NCBI RefSeq assembly: GCF_963507905.1
Contig: NZ_CAUOUU010000009.1
Coordinates: 25,889-89,888, forward strand
DNA: 64,000 nucleotides
Direction: 5' to 3'
Source of the DNA: an uncultured Rothia sp.
Lineage (GTDB): Bacteria; Actinomycetota; Actinomycetes; Actinomycetales; Micrococcaceae
Shown: positions 30,337-42,600 of the stretch, piece by piece
Layout: each line of letters starts with the position of its first letter
Numbering within the stretch: the first letter of the stretch is position 1
Translations under genes and position numbers: made by a program
Notes under the pieces: generated by a model
What the model was told of the DNA's origin: nothing
Databases searched by the model: none
Seen by the model: the letters and a program-made list of their open reading frames with translations, nothing else

Positions 30337-33300
30337 ATGATGTCCTCATTCTTTAAACCGCCCCATGGTACACACCGAAAAGTTGTGGGTGTTTCCCTGG
30401 CGTTGGGCTTGACTCCGCTGCTGGCTTTGACGCCGGTGGCGGCTCAGGCGGCGCCCGCCTCCCCCGCCCAGCAGGCAGATACGCAGCAGACAGGCAAGCA
30501 GCAGGCAGCACTTCAAGCAGCACCCGTGCAGAACGGACCTGCACAGGGCGATAAGCAGGATGCACCCCTGCCGACCCTGCGCGTGTCCAGCGGCTCCCTC
30601 GACATTCTTCACGGCGGTACCGTCCACGTGGAGGGCACCGGGCTGAGCCCCGAGTTCTTGGCACATCATGAGCTACGTAGCCTCACGATTGCCCCGAAGG
30701 GCTCTTCGACCTACGCTAACCCCTATCAGAAGGTCGATCACCGCGGCCTCGTTTTTGACGCCCCGAAACCGGCTACTGACGGCAGTTTCAGCGCTGACCT
30801 GACGGTTCCGGCGAATAGCCTGCCGGCGAACCTGGAGTACGAGGTCATCCTGACCTACCACCCCGTAGACGATGCGCACCCCTACGCGTGGAACACTGAG
30901 GACCGCGTCCGTACGGCGTTGCCGGTGGAGTTCAACCTCCCGAAGGCTGTGCTCCCCTCCATCACCTATGATGTTTCGGCTATTTCTGAGGAGCAGATTG
31001 CCTCAGGTCAGCCGATTGAGGTGACGCTGACGGGTACCGGTTTTCAGGATGTCAGCTCCGTGAAGTTCACCTTGTCCGAGCATGATGAGCAGGGAAAGGT
31101 CACGAACGATAATGTGGCTTCGCTTGGTGAACTGAAGGCACCGGATACGGAAGAGAATCAGCGCATTTTCAAGGGCCTGATTCCTAACGGCTATTTCCAG
31201 AAAAAGGTCACTATCCCCGCGGGAGTTTTGAAGTCCGGTAAGGGGTATTCCCTGGGTGTTTCCGGTGTAGAAACCCACGGGTGGAATAAGCTGACGCGCA
31301 AGTTCCCCTTCGTTCCTGTGGGCAATAACCCTGCGCACATGGCGTACCAAGATAATTCGTTCAGGAATACCCTGCCGAAGGTATCTGTTGCCGCGCAGGA
31401 TTTTGATCCCGGTCAGGACCGCGTCTATAAGGTAACTATTTCTAATATTTCCCCCGAGGTGGACCTGGGGTACTACCTTGACTCTGTGTCGATTTATAAC
31501 GCTACCTCTGGTGAGCAGGGATATTTTGCGAGGAATGATGTAGCGGGTCAATACTATAAGCGTGACGAGCTGGTAACCCGCAACGCTGACGGCACTCTGA
31601 CCGTGGAGGTTGAGTATAAGGTTCACGGTGATTCCTACAATAGGCCTTCTTCTCGCGGTTCGATGGCTGAAGTGCGTGTGGTGTTCTCGGATTCTCAGTA
31701 TTCGTACGGTAGCCATAAGTTCACGGTGAGCGCGCAGCTTCCGATGGCCCCTCCTGCCGCTGATGCTGTTGATTGGGAGAACCCGGCGAATGTTAAGTTG
31801 AAGGTCGATTCGGGAACCCTCAATATTTCTCAGGGTGGCACGGTGTCGGTGACGACTTCCCCGTTGAGCGCCGAGTTCCGTAAGAAGTACACTTTCCACG
31901 AGCTGGCTCTGGTGGAGCGCGGGTCGGTGTACGTGTATGCGGAACACAATATTTATGCGCCTCTCGACGAGTACGGCGGGATGCTCAAGGATCTGGATCA
32001 TCAGGTGCGGGAGAACCCGGACGGTAGCCTCACCTACACGTTTAAGGTTCCCCCGCAGTACGTTGAGGCTGCCGACGGTGAGCTCTTCGATGTAGTGATG
32101 ACCTACTACCCGTTGGATGAAGCTGAGCCGGAACCTTCGAGTAGGTCCAACCGTTTGTATGCCCGCGCCCATATTGATGTGGTTCAGGATGCGCAACCGA
32201 CCCGTGGGACCTACACCTTCAGTCAATCCGCTATCGATGACCCGTGGAAGGATACGACGCTGCGGGTTGAGGGACGCCATATCCTCTCCCAGGCTAGTGA
32301 AATGGTTGGTAATGATTGGCCGGTCATCGCTATCTATGAGGCTGACCCTGCAACGGGAAAGATGGTGGGTGAGCCTGTGTTCACTCAGCGGGATGACTAC
32401 ACGTACTACGGGGTTAACACCAGGTGGTTCCGCAATAACTATTTCAGTGCGGAGCTGAAGATTCCTGCGGGTACGTTGAAGCCGGGCAAGCTCTACTTTA
32501 TTGGTATGTATGGGAACGGGTTGCCTTACCCCGGCATGGAAGATTCTCCGGGTTCTATGCTGAATGATGTTGCCGAGTTCCTTCCGGTGCATTCTCCCGA
32601 GCAGGAGTCCGCGGGGCCCACACTGCACCTTGGGTCGGTGGGCCTGAACCCGTACGCGCAGACGAACTTGTTTACGGCACGCGCTACCGGGCTCTTTGCG
32701 CCGGGTGAAGGATCGTACCGCCTCTCAGTGCAGCATGTTGATGAGCAGGGGCGTTTGACCGGTCAGACGGTGTTCCAGCAGGCGATTCCGGCTGACCTCA
32801 TCAAGGATGGCAGGGTGGAGCTGAATCTGACGATCGCTCAGCAGCTGAGCTATTCGGGTGCTTATCGTCTGGTCTTGGAGAAGGTCACCCCCGGTAAGGA
32901 TGGTGCCGGCGAGTCGGTGGAGCAGCTTGCTTTCGAGGATATTCCTCTGAAGCTGACGCGTGAGGGTGAGTTGCAGGCTGCTGAGCAGTGGTTTGCTGAT
33001 CGTGATATTTTGCCTAATCCTTCGCCGATGTCCTGGCATAGCGGTATGACGCGCCACGATGTGACGGTGTCGCTGTACCGATTGGCTGGTTCCCCGAAGG
33101 TTGAGCTGCCTGCTTTTAGCCCGTACGCGGATGTGGCAACGAACGACCCGGACTACGCCGCGTACATTTGGGCTCGTCAGAAGGGTATTACCTTCGGCTG
33201 GGCGGACGGCAAGTTCCACCCGGAGGCGAAGCTTTCGACCCCGTCGACGGTGGCGTTCATGTACAGGTACCAGAAGGCGATGGGTCAGGTCACGCCGAAG

Positions 33301-33564
33301 GCGCCGACCTCTGCCTCGTTGCCGCGTAGCTTGTCTGTGCCGGGTAACCAGGATGCGCCTCGGAGTGCTAGCGGCTGGCAGCATAAGGTTCGTCAGGGTA
33401 GCGCTTTTTGGCGTGAGGCTCAGTGGGCTGTTGATCACCGCATGTGGGGTTACCGCGTTGATGGGGAATACGTCTATGAGGACTTTGATAGGTCTTTCGT
33501 TTCCTCTGGTGATTTGAAGTTGATGCTGTACCGCTTGGCGCACGGCGGCAGCCACCTCAAGTAG
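30337..33564 (+). CDS. SLH-domain surface protein 2 (six beta-rich modules + SLH)
   Basis: Sec signal ending AQA; modules ABC-A'B'C'; SPYADV..DPDYAAYIWARQKGITFGWADGKFHP; C-terminus HGGSHLK. Confidence 0.85.
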   Translation: MMSSFFKPPHGTHRKVVGVSLALGLTPLLALTPVAAQAAPASPAQQADTQQTGKQQAALQAAPVQNGPAQGDKQDAPLPTLRVSSGSLDILHGGTVHVEGTGLSPEFLAHHELRSLTIAPKGSSTYANPYQKVDHRGLVFDAPKPATDGSFSADLTVPANSLPANLEYEVILTYHPVDDAHPYAWNTEDRVRTALPVEFNLPKAVLPSITYDVSAISEEQIASGQPIEVTLTGTGFQDVSSVKFTLSEHDEQGKVTNDNVASLGELKAPDTEENQRIFKGLIPNGYFQKKVTIPAGVLKSGKGYSLGVSGVETHGWNKLTRKFPFVPVGNNPAHMAYQDNSFRNTLPKVSVAAQDFDPGQDRVYKVTISNISPEVDLGYYLDSVSIYNATSGEQGYFARNDVAGQYYKRDELVTRNADGTLTVEVEYKVHGDSYNRPSSRGSMAEVRVVFSDSQYSYGSHKFTVSAQLPMAPPAADAVDWENPANVKLKVDSGTLNISQGGTVSVTTSPLSAEFRKKYTFHELALVERGSVYVYAEHNIYAPLDEYGGMLKDLDHQVRENPDGSLTYTFKVPPQYVEAADGELFDVVMTYYPLDEAEPEPSSRSNRLYARAHIDVVQDAQPTRGTYTFSQSAIDDPWKDTTLRVEGRHILSQASEMVGNDWPVIAIYEADPATGKMVGEPVFTQRDDYTYYGVNTRWFRNNYFSAELKIPAGTLKPGKLYFIGMYGNGLPYPGMEDSPGSMLNDVAEFLPVHSPEQESAGPTLHLGSVGLNPYAQTNLFTARATGLFAPGEGSYRLSVQHVDEQGRLTGQTVFQQAIPADLIKDGRVELNLTIAQQLSYSGAYRLVLEKVTPGKDGAGESVEQLAFEDIPLKLTREGELQAAEQWFADRDILPNPSPMSWHSGMTRHDVTVSLYRLAGSPKVELPAFSPYADVATNDPDYAAYIWARQKGITFGWADGKFHPEAKLSTPSTVAFMYRYQKAMGQVTPKAPTSASLPRSLSVPGNQDAPRSASGWQHKVRQGSAFWREAQWAVDHRMWGYRVDGEYVYEDFDRSFVSSGDLKLMLYRLAHGGSHLK

Positions 33565-36126
33565 CGCCGGGTCGTGGTGAGTGAGGTAACCGGTGGGCTG
33601 GGATGCTCGACGTAGTTCGACTTTTCAGCCTGCCGGTGCCACCCCGGTTTTTCTTCCCTGCCTCTGCGAGTTCTTTTGCCTAGCACCAGGCTTTACGGGG
33701 CTACTTCTCCTCTGTTTTTTTGGGGGGGTCTTTTCAGGCTTTATCCGCTCAACTTTTTCACTCACTTCATCTACTCACTCGTTTCAATCACCGTATAAAT
33801 TTTGTAGATGGGATAATGATGTCTTCATTCTTCACACCACGAGGCGCCCGGCGCTGTTCCACCTCTCCGCGCCACCCGGCAAGCGCCCGTGCGCTCAGCC
33901 TGTCGTTGCTGCTGGGTTTGAGCCCGCTTGCCGGTATCACCCCGGCGGCGCTGGCGGCTCCCGAACACCCGGCACAACCGGCACAGGTTGCACCTGCTCA
34001 TGCAGACCCGGAACAGGCGACCCCCGCCTCCCCCGCCGCAGCTCAAGAAGATGCTGACGAAGCCACGTCTTCGCTTCCGAAGGTAGATGAATCTCGCCAT
34101 CCTGAAATGGAAGGGTTTAAAGTCTCTCCTGAGACTCTCAACATTTCTCGAGGCGGCACAGTAACGCTGACGACGCCTCCGCTCAGTGCTGAATTCCGCC
34201 AGAATTACGAATTCTACGAATTTTCTCTGGTTGACCGCGGTTCTTCGTACTTCAAAGCCGCGTATGCCCGCATTGACGGATATGCCTACTTTGGCTACCT
34301 CTTTGACCGTGATCCCAACCCGAAGCAGATGGTAGAAAACCCAGACGGGAGCTACACCTTCTTTCTCAATATTGGGCCGTACATTATTGAGGCTAATGAA
34401 GGCACTCTTTTCGACGTCATTTTGACGTACCACAAGAAGGGCCACCGGGAGGATTCTTGGCCGTCCGAATTCCGTTTTGTGGCGCGTGCACCTATTAATG
34501 TTGTGCAGGACCCTAAGCCGACTGAGACGACGTACATTTTCAGTGTGCCCGCAATTGATGACCCGTGGAAGGATACGACTCTGACGATTGAGGGGTTCCA
34601 TATCCTTACGAGCGGTAGTCGAGAGGGCAAGGATGGCCCCGCGCTTCTGGCTTTTTATGAAGTCGACCCGAAGACCGGAAAGATTGTAGGCGAACCAGAA
34701 TTCACCACTCGGATTCCGTACCCGGCTTCCCGTAGTGGAGAGCGCGTTTATTTCCTGAATTGGCATTTTAAGACGTCTATTACGATTCCTGGGGGAACGC
34801 TTAAGCCGGGTAAGGTCTATAAGATTGGTTTCTACGGTAAAGACCGTCCGGAGGATGAGAATTACCCCGGTGAGTTGCTGAATGATGTTGCAGATTTCAT
34901 TCCGGTACGTTCGCTTAATAAGGAATCGGCTAGCCCTGAGATGTTTCTGAAGGCTACGACGGTGAGCCCTTATGATGAGGAAAATATCTTGCCGGTACGC
35001 GCCGTCGGTTTGAAGAAGCAGCCTGGGGTCTCTTACCGTTTCTCGGTACAACATGTTGATGAGCAGGGACATCTGACCGGTCAGAAGACGCTGGTGCAGG
35101 AGATTGCTGCTGAGAGCATCCATGACGGCACGATGGATGAGAAGCTGACCATCTCCGGTGCGCCGCTGAATTATGACGGCTCGTACAGGCTCTTCTTGGA
35201 AAAGGTGACTGCCGGCAAGGACGGTACGGTTGAGTCGGTTGAGCAGCTTACTTCGAAGGATCTACAGCTGCAGTTTACGAAGAATAAGGAGGTCAACGCC
35301 GCCTGGGCATGGTTTAAGCGCCGTCAGGTTCTTCCTGAGTTTTCTGATTCAGGTAGGAACAGCTATATGACGCGCCGCGATGTGACGGTGGCGCTGTACC
35401 GTCTTGCGGGTTCGCCGAGAGTGGAGCTTCCGGCGACGAGTCCTTATGGAGATATCACTCCGGATGATCCGGACTACGCCGCGTATATTTGGGCTCGTCA
35501 GAAGGGCATTACGTTCGGTTGGGCGGATGGGAATTTCCACCCGGAGATGAACATGCACAATTATTCGACGGCGGCGTTCCTGTACAGGTATCAGCGTTCG
35601 CGCGGTATGATGTCTCCCGGCTTGCCGACTGCCGCACCGCAGTCTCGTAACGGTAGCCTGCCGGGGTCGGATGAATCTGAGGTGAGCGCTAACCCATGGG
35701 TTCTGGATTTGGAGGAGGGTAGTGCTTTTTGGCGTGAATCTCGGTGGGCTGTGCAGCAACGCATTTGGGGCTACACCAGGGGTTGGGAACACGAACGCTT
35801 TTTCATGGAGACAACGTCTGTCTATGACTTGGCGTTGATGCTCTACCGCATGGAGCACGGCGGTAGCCATCTCAAGTAGCGCCCAGTTGTGGTGAGGGGT
35901 AACCGGTGGGCTGGAATGTTCGGATTAGTTCGACTTTTCAGCCCGCCGGTACCGTCCCGATTTTTCTTCCCTGCCTTCTGCGAGTTCTTTTGCCCGGCAC
36001 CAGGCTTTACGGGGCTTCTTCTCCCCTGTTCGGGGTTTTCTTTTCACGTTTTATCCGCTCGACTTCTTCGCTCGCTTCATCTACTCGCTCGCTTCAATCA
36101 CCGCACAGTTTTTTGTAGATGGGATA
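33565..36126 (+). repeat. Duplicated ~250-bp intergenic unit (33565-33815, 35880-36126); 3' part also precedes 39656 and 43337
   Basis: Shared hairpin ACCGGTGGGCTGG...CAGCCyGCCGGT, GCACCAGGCTTTACGGGGCT and TTCAATCACCG...TAGATGGGATAA. Confidence 0.8.
33816..35879 (+). CDS. SLH-domain surface protein 3 (three modules + SLH)
   Basis: Paralog of neighbours lacking the first triplet; same SLH core and HGGSHLK end. Confidence 0.85.
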   Translation: MMSSFFTPRGARRCSTSPRHPASARALSLSLLLGLSPLAGITPAALAAPEHPAQPAQVAPAHADPEQATPASPAAAQEDADEATSSLPKVDESRHPEMEGFKVSPETLNISRGGTVTLTTPPLSAEFRQNYEFYEFSLVDRGSSYFKAAYARIDGYAYFGYLFDRDPNPKQMVENPDGSYTFFLNIGPYIIEANEGTLFDVILTYHKKGHREDSWPSEFRFVARAPINVVQDPKPTETTYIFSVPAIDDPWKDTTLTIEGFHILTSGSREGKDGPALLAFYEVDPKTGKIVGEPEFTTRIPYPASRSGERVYFLNWHFKTSITIPGGTLKPGKVYKIGFYGKDRPEDENYPGELLNDVADFIPVRSLNKESASPEMFLKATTVSPYDEENILPVRAVGLKKQPGVSYRFSVQHVDEQGHLTGQKTLVQEIAAESIHDGTMDEKLTISGAPLNYDGSYRLFLEKVTAGKDGTVESVEQLTSKDLQLQFTKNKEVNAAWAWFKRRQVLPEFSDSGRNSYMTRRDVTVALYRLAGSPRVELPATSPYGDITPDDPDYAAYIWARQKGITFGWADGNFHPEMNMHNYSTAAFLYRYQRSRGMMSPGLPTAAPQSRNGSLPGSDESEVSANPWVLDLEEGSAFWRESRWAVQQRIWGYTRGWEHERFFMETTSVYDLALMLYRMEHGGSHLK

Positions 36127-39100
36127 ATGATGTCTTCATTCTTCACGCCACGAGGCGCCCCGCGCCACCCGGCGAGCGCCCGCGCGCTCAGCCTGTCGCT
36201 ACTGTTGGGTTTGAGTCCGCTGGCCGGTATCACCCCGGCGGCACTCGCAACACCGACCCAGGCGGCACCTGAGCAGCAGGCGCAGGCGACCCCAGCCTCC
36301 CCCGCTGCAGCTTTGGTTCAGAAACAAGCAGACAATCAGCAGAATCCTGTAGCCCAGGGCGAGCAGACCAGTTCGCTACCGACTCTGCGCGTCACTAGCG
36401 GAGCACTAAGAATTTATGCCGGAGGCACGGTGCATGTTGAGGGTGCCGGCTTCACTCCCGAATTCTTGGCGCACCATGAGCTACGTAGCCTCATTATTGC
36501 GCCCAAGGGTTCCTCTACCTACGTGGGTCCTCACCAGGAGCCAACATACCAGGGGCCGCGCTTTGACGTTCCGGCGCCTGCCCCAGACGGGACTTTCAGC
36601 GCTGACTTGGAAGTATCTTCCAACGGCATACCTGCGGGCATGGAGTACGAAGTTATTTTGACCTACCGCCCGCTAGATGAAGCGCACCCCTATCAGTGGA
36701 ATACTGAGGATCGTATTCGTACGGCGCTCCCTGTGACGAATGATTTTCCGGCGTCTGTTCTGCCTTCTATTACCTATGATGTGGATTCTATTTCGGAGGA
36801 GCAGATTAATTCCGGAAAACCGATTGAAATCAATATGACGGGTTCGGGTTTTGACGGGATGAATAAGCTAAGTTTTACTCTCGTAGAATATGACCCGTCT
36901 GCAAATGTTACCCATAAATATATCAAGGAGCTGGAACCTTTTGACCCTTCGGATTCTCCGTATTCTAAGCGTGTTTTTCATGACCTAATTCCTAACGGTC
37001 ATTTTCAGCATAAAATTACGATTCCTGCCGGTCTTTTGAAATCAGGCAAGGGTTATTATCTGTCGGTACAGGGAGACTCTCCTTCAGGCCCGATTGCTAT
37101 GAGGCGTGCCTTCCCCTTCGTTCCTGTGGGCAAGAACCCCATGAAAATGCCTTACCAGAGCAATACGTACCGCAATACCCTTCCGAAGGTTTCGCTGTCC
37201 CCTCAGACGGTTGACCCGTACCATGAGGGGAAATATAAAGTTACTATTTCTAATATTTCCCCGGAAGTTGATTTGGGGTACTATATCGGGTCAATCAGTG
37301 TTTATAATAAAACTGCTCAAAAAACGATTGCCAACCTCAGCGTTAATAGTGACCATTACTATGAACGTGACAAAATTGTGGTCCGTAACCCCGACGGCAC
37401 CCAAACCGTAGAACTTGAAATTAATGCTGAGGATATTAAAGAGCTACAGGGCGTGTATTTGGGTTCCGAAGCGGAACTGAGGGTCTATTTCTCAGATAAT
37501 CCTTACTACGGTTCAGAGATTCATAATTTTACGGTTACTGCACCAGTTCGGCTGGCGGATTCCCCTACCCCATTGACCCCTCCCACCCCTGCTGAGGATA
37601 AGAAACCTGACAACCCGGTTGGCATGAAGCTCACCTCGGGCACCCTCAACATTTCTCAGGGAGGCACGGTGTCCGTGACGACCTCCCCGTTGAGCCCCGA
37701 GTTCCGCTCGAAGTACACGCTGTATGAGTTCGGCATTGTGGAGCGCGGTGAGAATTACCTTGAGCCATATTACGGCAATCCCCTTCCTGAGGCGCAGTAC
37801 GGCAGCAAGGTTGCCAGCCTCCGTGCTGAGGGTAAGGCCCACGATAATCCTGACGGGAGCGTCACGTTCGCTCTTGACATCCCGAAGCAGTGGATGATGG
37901 TTCCGGAGGGTACGCTCTTCGATGTGGTGCTGACTTACTACCCGTCCGATAAGCCTGACCCGCACGACTACCCGTATGAAGATTATCGTCTTACGGCACG
38001 AATTCCCTTGCCCACGGTGCGCGACCCTGAGCCTGACCAGCCGACGTACCGCTACAGCATTTCGGCGATTGATAAGCCGTGGCAGGATACGACTCTGACG
38101 GTTGAGGGCTACCATATTCTTCCCCCGAATATCGTAGGTGGATACGACAGCCAGGCGTACGTCACTCTGTATGAGGCAGACCCGGCTACCGGAAAGATTA
38201 TGGGACGCCCTGTTTTCTCCCATGTTGTTCCATTGACGGGCAACTGCTTGCATCACTGTACGGGTTTCCGCAATAACTATTTCGGCACGAAGATGACGAT
38301 TCCGGCGGGTACGTTGAAGCCGGGCAGGCTCTACATGATTGGTATCTACGGTTCTAATCTGCCTCACCCTGGTGAGGAGGATTATAGCGGTAGTCTGCTG
38401 ACCAGTGTTGCGCAGTTCCTTCCGGTGCGGTCGGGGCAGCCGAGCGATAACCAGCCGAACCCTGACCAGCCTGTAGCGCGTCCGGATTTGTACATTCCGT
38501 ATAAGCGCGTCAACCCGTATCAGGAGATGAATACTCTCACCGCGCGTGTCTCGAATCTTCCGAAGCTTGCCGAGGGCTATTACCGTTTCTCGATTCAGGC
38601 AACGGATATTTTCGGCGAGCTGACCGGTGAGAAGGCTCTGGAGCAGGTTATTCCCGCTGAGCGCATCCACGATGGTGCCGCTGAGGAGACGCTGAACGTT
38701 CCCGGTAGCGCGCTGAATTATGAGGGATCGTACAAGGTTGTTCTAGAGAAGGTAACCCCCGGCAAGAACGGTGCCGCAGATGCGGTCGAGTCGGTGGCTT
38801 CTGAGGATCTTGATCTCTTGGCGAATACTGCTGAGGAGCAGAAGGCTGCTGTCGAGTGGGTTAAGCAGCAGGCTCTTCTGGATGAGAGTAAGACTGTGCT
38901 GAGTCGCCGCGATGTGACGGTGGCGCTGTACCGTCTGGCGGGTGCGCCTCATGTTGAACTGCCTGCAACCAGCCCATATGCGGATGTGGCGCCGAGCGAC
39001 CCGGACTACGCCGCGTTCATTTGGGCTCGTCAGAAGGGTATTACGTTCGGCTGGGCGGACGGCAAGTTCCACCCGGAGGCGAACCTTTCGACGCGTTCTG

Positions 39101-39426
39101 CGGTGGCCTTCCTGTATAGGTACCAGCGGATGGTCGCGCCGGCTCCTGCGCCGGAGTCGAGCAGTGTGCCGCCTTCGTCTGTGCCCAAGAACAGTAGCGT
39201 GCCGGGTGATTCTCCGATTCGGGTTTCGCGTTCGCATTGGTCCGATTATGAGCGTACGGATACTGCATTCTGGCGGGAGTCGCTGTGGGCTACTCAGCAG
39301 TTCATCTGGGGTTATACGGATTATGATCACCGCTACGCCGAGAGTTTCAGCTCGGACGCTGTTTCCTCTTCGGAGTTCTCGGTCATGCTCTACCGCATGA
39401 CGCACGGCGGCAGCCGTCTTAGTTAG
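36127..39426 (+). CDS. SLH-domain surface protein 4 (six modules + SLH)
   Basis: Signal peptide nearly identical to proteins 3 and 5; SLH core. Confidence 0.85.
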   Translation: MMSSFFTPRGAPRHPASARALSLSLLLGLSPLAGITPAALATPTQAAPEQQAQATPASPAAALVQKQADNQQNPVAQGEQTSSLPTLRVTSGALRIYAGGTVHVEGAGFTPEFLAHHELRSLIIAPKGSSTYVGPHQEPTYQGPRFDVPAPAPDGTFSADLEVSSNGIPAGMEYEVILTYRPLDEAHPYQWNTEDRIRTALPVTNDFPASVLPSITYDVDSISEEQINSGKPIEINMTGSGFDGMNKLSFTLVEYDPSANVTHKYIKELEPFDPSDSPYSKRVFHDLIPNGHFQHKITIPAGLLKSGKGYYLSVQGDSPSGPIAMRRAFPFVPVGKNPMKMPYQSNTYRNTLPKVSLSPQTVDPYHEGKYKVTISNISPEVDLGYYIGSISVYNKTAQKTIANLSVNSDHYYERDKIVVRNPDGTQTVELEINAEDIKELQGVYLGSEAELRVYFSDNPYYGSEIHNFTVTAPVRLADSPTPLTPPTPAEDKKPDNPVGMKLTSGTLNISQGGTVSVTTSPLSPEFRSKYTLYEFGIVERGENYLEPYYGNPLPEAQYGSKVASLRAEGKAHDNPDGSVTFALDIPKQWMMVPEGTLFDVVLTYYPSDKPDPHDYPYEDYRLTARIPLPTVRDPEPDQPTYRYSISAIDKPWQDTTLTVEGYHILPPNIVGGYDSQAYVTLYEADPATGKIMGRPVFSHVVPLTGNCLHHCTGFRNNYFGTKMTIPAGTLKPGRLYMIGIYGSNLPHPGEEDYSGSLLTSVAQFLPVRSGQPSDNQPNPDQPVARPDLYIPYKRVNPYQEMNTLTARVSNLPKLAEGYYRFSIQATDIFGELTGEKALEQVIPAERIHDGAAEETLNVPGSALNYEGSYKVVLEKVTPGKNGAADAVESVASEDLDLLANTAEEQKAAVEWVKQQALLDESKTVLSRRDVTVALYRLAGAPHVELPATSPYADVAPSDPDYAAFIWARQKGITFGWADGKFHPEANLSTRSAVAFLYRYQRMVAPAPAPESSSVPPSSVPKNSSVPGDSPIRVSRSHWSDYERTDTAFWRESLWATQQFIWGYTDYDHRYAESFSSDAVSSSEFSVMLYRMTHGGSRLS

Positions 39427-39655
39427 TTTCGGTGCGTGAGGGGTCTGGCGGGCTGTATTCTTCGAGTCGTTGTGCCGCAGGCTCAACAGCTGGACCTGTC
39501 CCGCCCCTAGCATCCTTTACAGGCACCGGCGAGGGGAATCGGGAGCGTTACCTGATGGGAGTCTTCCCGCGAGTAGCGCCCCGGTTTCCCGACCTTTGAT
39601 TTGCTCAACCTTTTCGCTCGCTTCACTCACCGTATAGTTTTTTGTAGATGGGATA

Positions 39656-42600
39656 ATGATGTCTTCATTCTTCACACCACGAGGCGCCCGGTGCCGCTCA
39701 ACTGCGCCGCGCCACCCGGCGAGCGCCCGCGCGCTCAGCCTGTCACTGTTGCTGGGTTTGAGCCCGCTTGCGGGTATTACTCCGGCGGCGCTCGCAACAC
39801 CGGCCCAGGCGGCATCTGACCGGCCGACTCAGGTTGCCCCCGCTCAGGCAGACCCGGAACAGGCGACCCCCGCCTCTCCCGCTGCAGCTTTGAACCAGCG
39901 CCAGACAGAAAACCAGCAGAATCCTGTAGCCCAGGGCGAGCAGACCAGTTCGCTACCGACTTTGCGTGTCACCAGTGGCACGTTAAAAATTGAGACTGGT
40001 GGCACGGTGCATGTTGAGGGTACTGGATTCACTCCCGAATTCTTGGCACACCATGAGCTGCGTAGCCTCATTATTGCGCCCAAGGGTTCCTCTACCTATG
40101 TCGGTCCTTACCAGGAGCCCACATACCAGGGGCCGCGCTTTGATGTTCCGAGGCTTTCAGCAGACGGAACTTTCAGCGCCGACTTGGAAGTATCCTCCAA
40201 CGGTATACCTGCAGGCATGGAGTACGAAGTTATCTTGACCTACCGTCCGCTGGATGACGCACACCCCTATCAGTGGAGCACTGAGGACCGTATTCGCACA
40301 GCACTCGCCGTGACGAGTAATTTCCCGCAGTCTGCTTTGCCTTCTATTACCTATGATGTGGATTCTATTTCTGAGGAGCAGATTAATTCCGGAAAACCGA
40401 TTGAAATCAATATGACGGGTTCGGGTTTTGACGGGATGAATAAGCTGCGTTTCACCCTTGTGGAAATCGACCCGAATAATCCTGAAAGTTATCATCGTTA
40501 TTTAGATTTCGAGGATTTAGTTCCTGCAGATTCTCCGTACTTGAAGCGGGTTTTTCATGGTCTGATTCCTAACGGTCGTTTTCAGCGTAAGATTACGATT
40601 CCTGCCGGTTTTTTAAAGCCTGGTAAGGGGTATTATCTGAGCGTGGTTGGATCTTATCCCTCTGGGGTTGATTCTTCTCCCTTCGGCATTAACGCTGTAG
40701 CGCGCGATTTCCCCTTCATTCCTGTGGGTAAGAACCCCGCGAAAATGCCTTACCAGAGCAATACGTACCGCAATACCCTTCCCAAGGTTTCACTGTCTCC
40801 TCAGACGCTTGATCCGTACCATGCAGGGAAATATAAAGTTACTATTTCTAACATTTCTCCGGAAGTTGATTTGGGGTATTACGTCAAATCCGTCGACATT
40901 TATAGTAAAACCGCTCGAAAGACTATCGTCGGAATTACTGACATTCCTTACTTTGATTATGACATTATTGTTGTCCGTAACCCTGACGGTACCCGCACCG
41001 TAGAACTTGAAATTGACTCTGCAGTCATCAAGGAGTTGCAGAATGTGTACCTTGGTTCTGAGGCAGAGCTGAGGGTAGCTTTCTCAGATTCTCTTTATCA
41101 GAAGGGTAGTCACATTTTTACGGTCACTGCGCCCGTGCAGCTGGCTGCTCCTCCGACCCCGATAAATCCTCCCGCATCTGATGAAGTGCGTTTGAGGGTC
41201 ACTTCAGGTACCCTCAATATTTCTGAGGGCGGCACTGTCTCTGTGACGACTGCACCGCTGAGTGCTGAGTTCCGCAAGAAGTACACGCTCTTCGAGTTCG
41301 GCATTGTGGAGCGAGGGAAGGACTACGAGTGGTCAAGCTACGGCAGTAAGCTACCTGAAGCCCAGTACGGTAAGAGAGTCGCTACCCTTCGAAATCAGGG
41401 GAAGGTTCATGAAAACCCTGATGGAAGCATTACGTTCACCTTTGATGTTCGCAAGCAAATCTTTGATGTACCCGAGGGCACTCTCTTCGATGTCGTGTTG
41501 ACGTTCTACCCGTCTGATGAAGCTGAGCCGGATTTGCGTTGGGAGTCGACAGACCGCCGTCTTACGGCACGAGCTTCTCTGCCGGTAGTGCGTGACCCTG
41601 AGCCTGTTCAGCCAACGTACCGCTACAGCATTTCGGCGATCGATAAGCCGTGGCAGGATACCACTCTGACAGTTGAGGGCTACCATATCCTCGATCCTCA
41701 TGCGGTAGGTGGTCATGAATCGGTTGCGCACCTCACCCTCTACGAGGCTGACCCGGCCACCGGAAAGATTATGGGACGCCCTGTTTTCTCCGACATGATT
41801 CCGCTGACAAGTTGCGGACAACTTTGCGGCGGATTCCATAATCGTTACTTCAGCACGGAGATGACGATTCCGGCGGGTACGTTGAAGCCGGGCAGGCTCT
41901 ACATGATTGGTATCTACGGTTCTAATCTGCCTCGTCCTGGCGAAGAGGAGTACAGCGGTAGCCTGCTGACCAGTGTCGCTGAGTTCCTTCCCGTCCGGTC
42001 TACGCAGCCTAACCCTGACCAGCCTGTAGCGCGTCCGGACTTGTACATTCTGAATAAGCGCATCAGCCCGTACCAGGAGATGAATACCCTCACCGCACGC
42101 GTCTCGAATCTTCCGAAGCTTACCGATGGCCATTACCGTTTCTCGGTTCAAGCGACGGATGATTCTGGCGAGCCAACCGGCGAGAAGGCTCTGGAACAGG
42201 TTATCCCTGCTGAACACCTTCTGAATGGTTCTACGGATGAGAAGCTGAATATTCCCGGTAGCGCGCTGAATTATGAGGGGTCTTACAGGGTTGTTCTGGA
42301 GAAGGTAATCCCTGGTAAGGACGGTGCCGCGGATGCGGTCGAGCAGGTCACTTCTGAGGGCCTTGAGCTCTTTGTAAGCTACACTGCGGAGCGGGAAGCG
42401 GCTGTTGAGTGGGTTAAGCAGCAGGTTCTTCTGGATGATCATAAGGCTGTGCTGAGTCGCCGCGATGTCACGGTGGCGCTGTACCGTCTTGCGGGCGCAC
42501 CTCATGTTGAGCTGCCTGCAACCAGCCCTTATGCGGATGTAGCCCCGGATGATCCAGACTATGCCGCGTACATTTGGGCTCGTCAGAAGGGTATTACGTT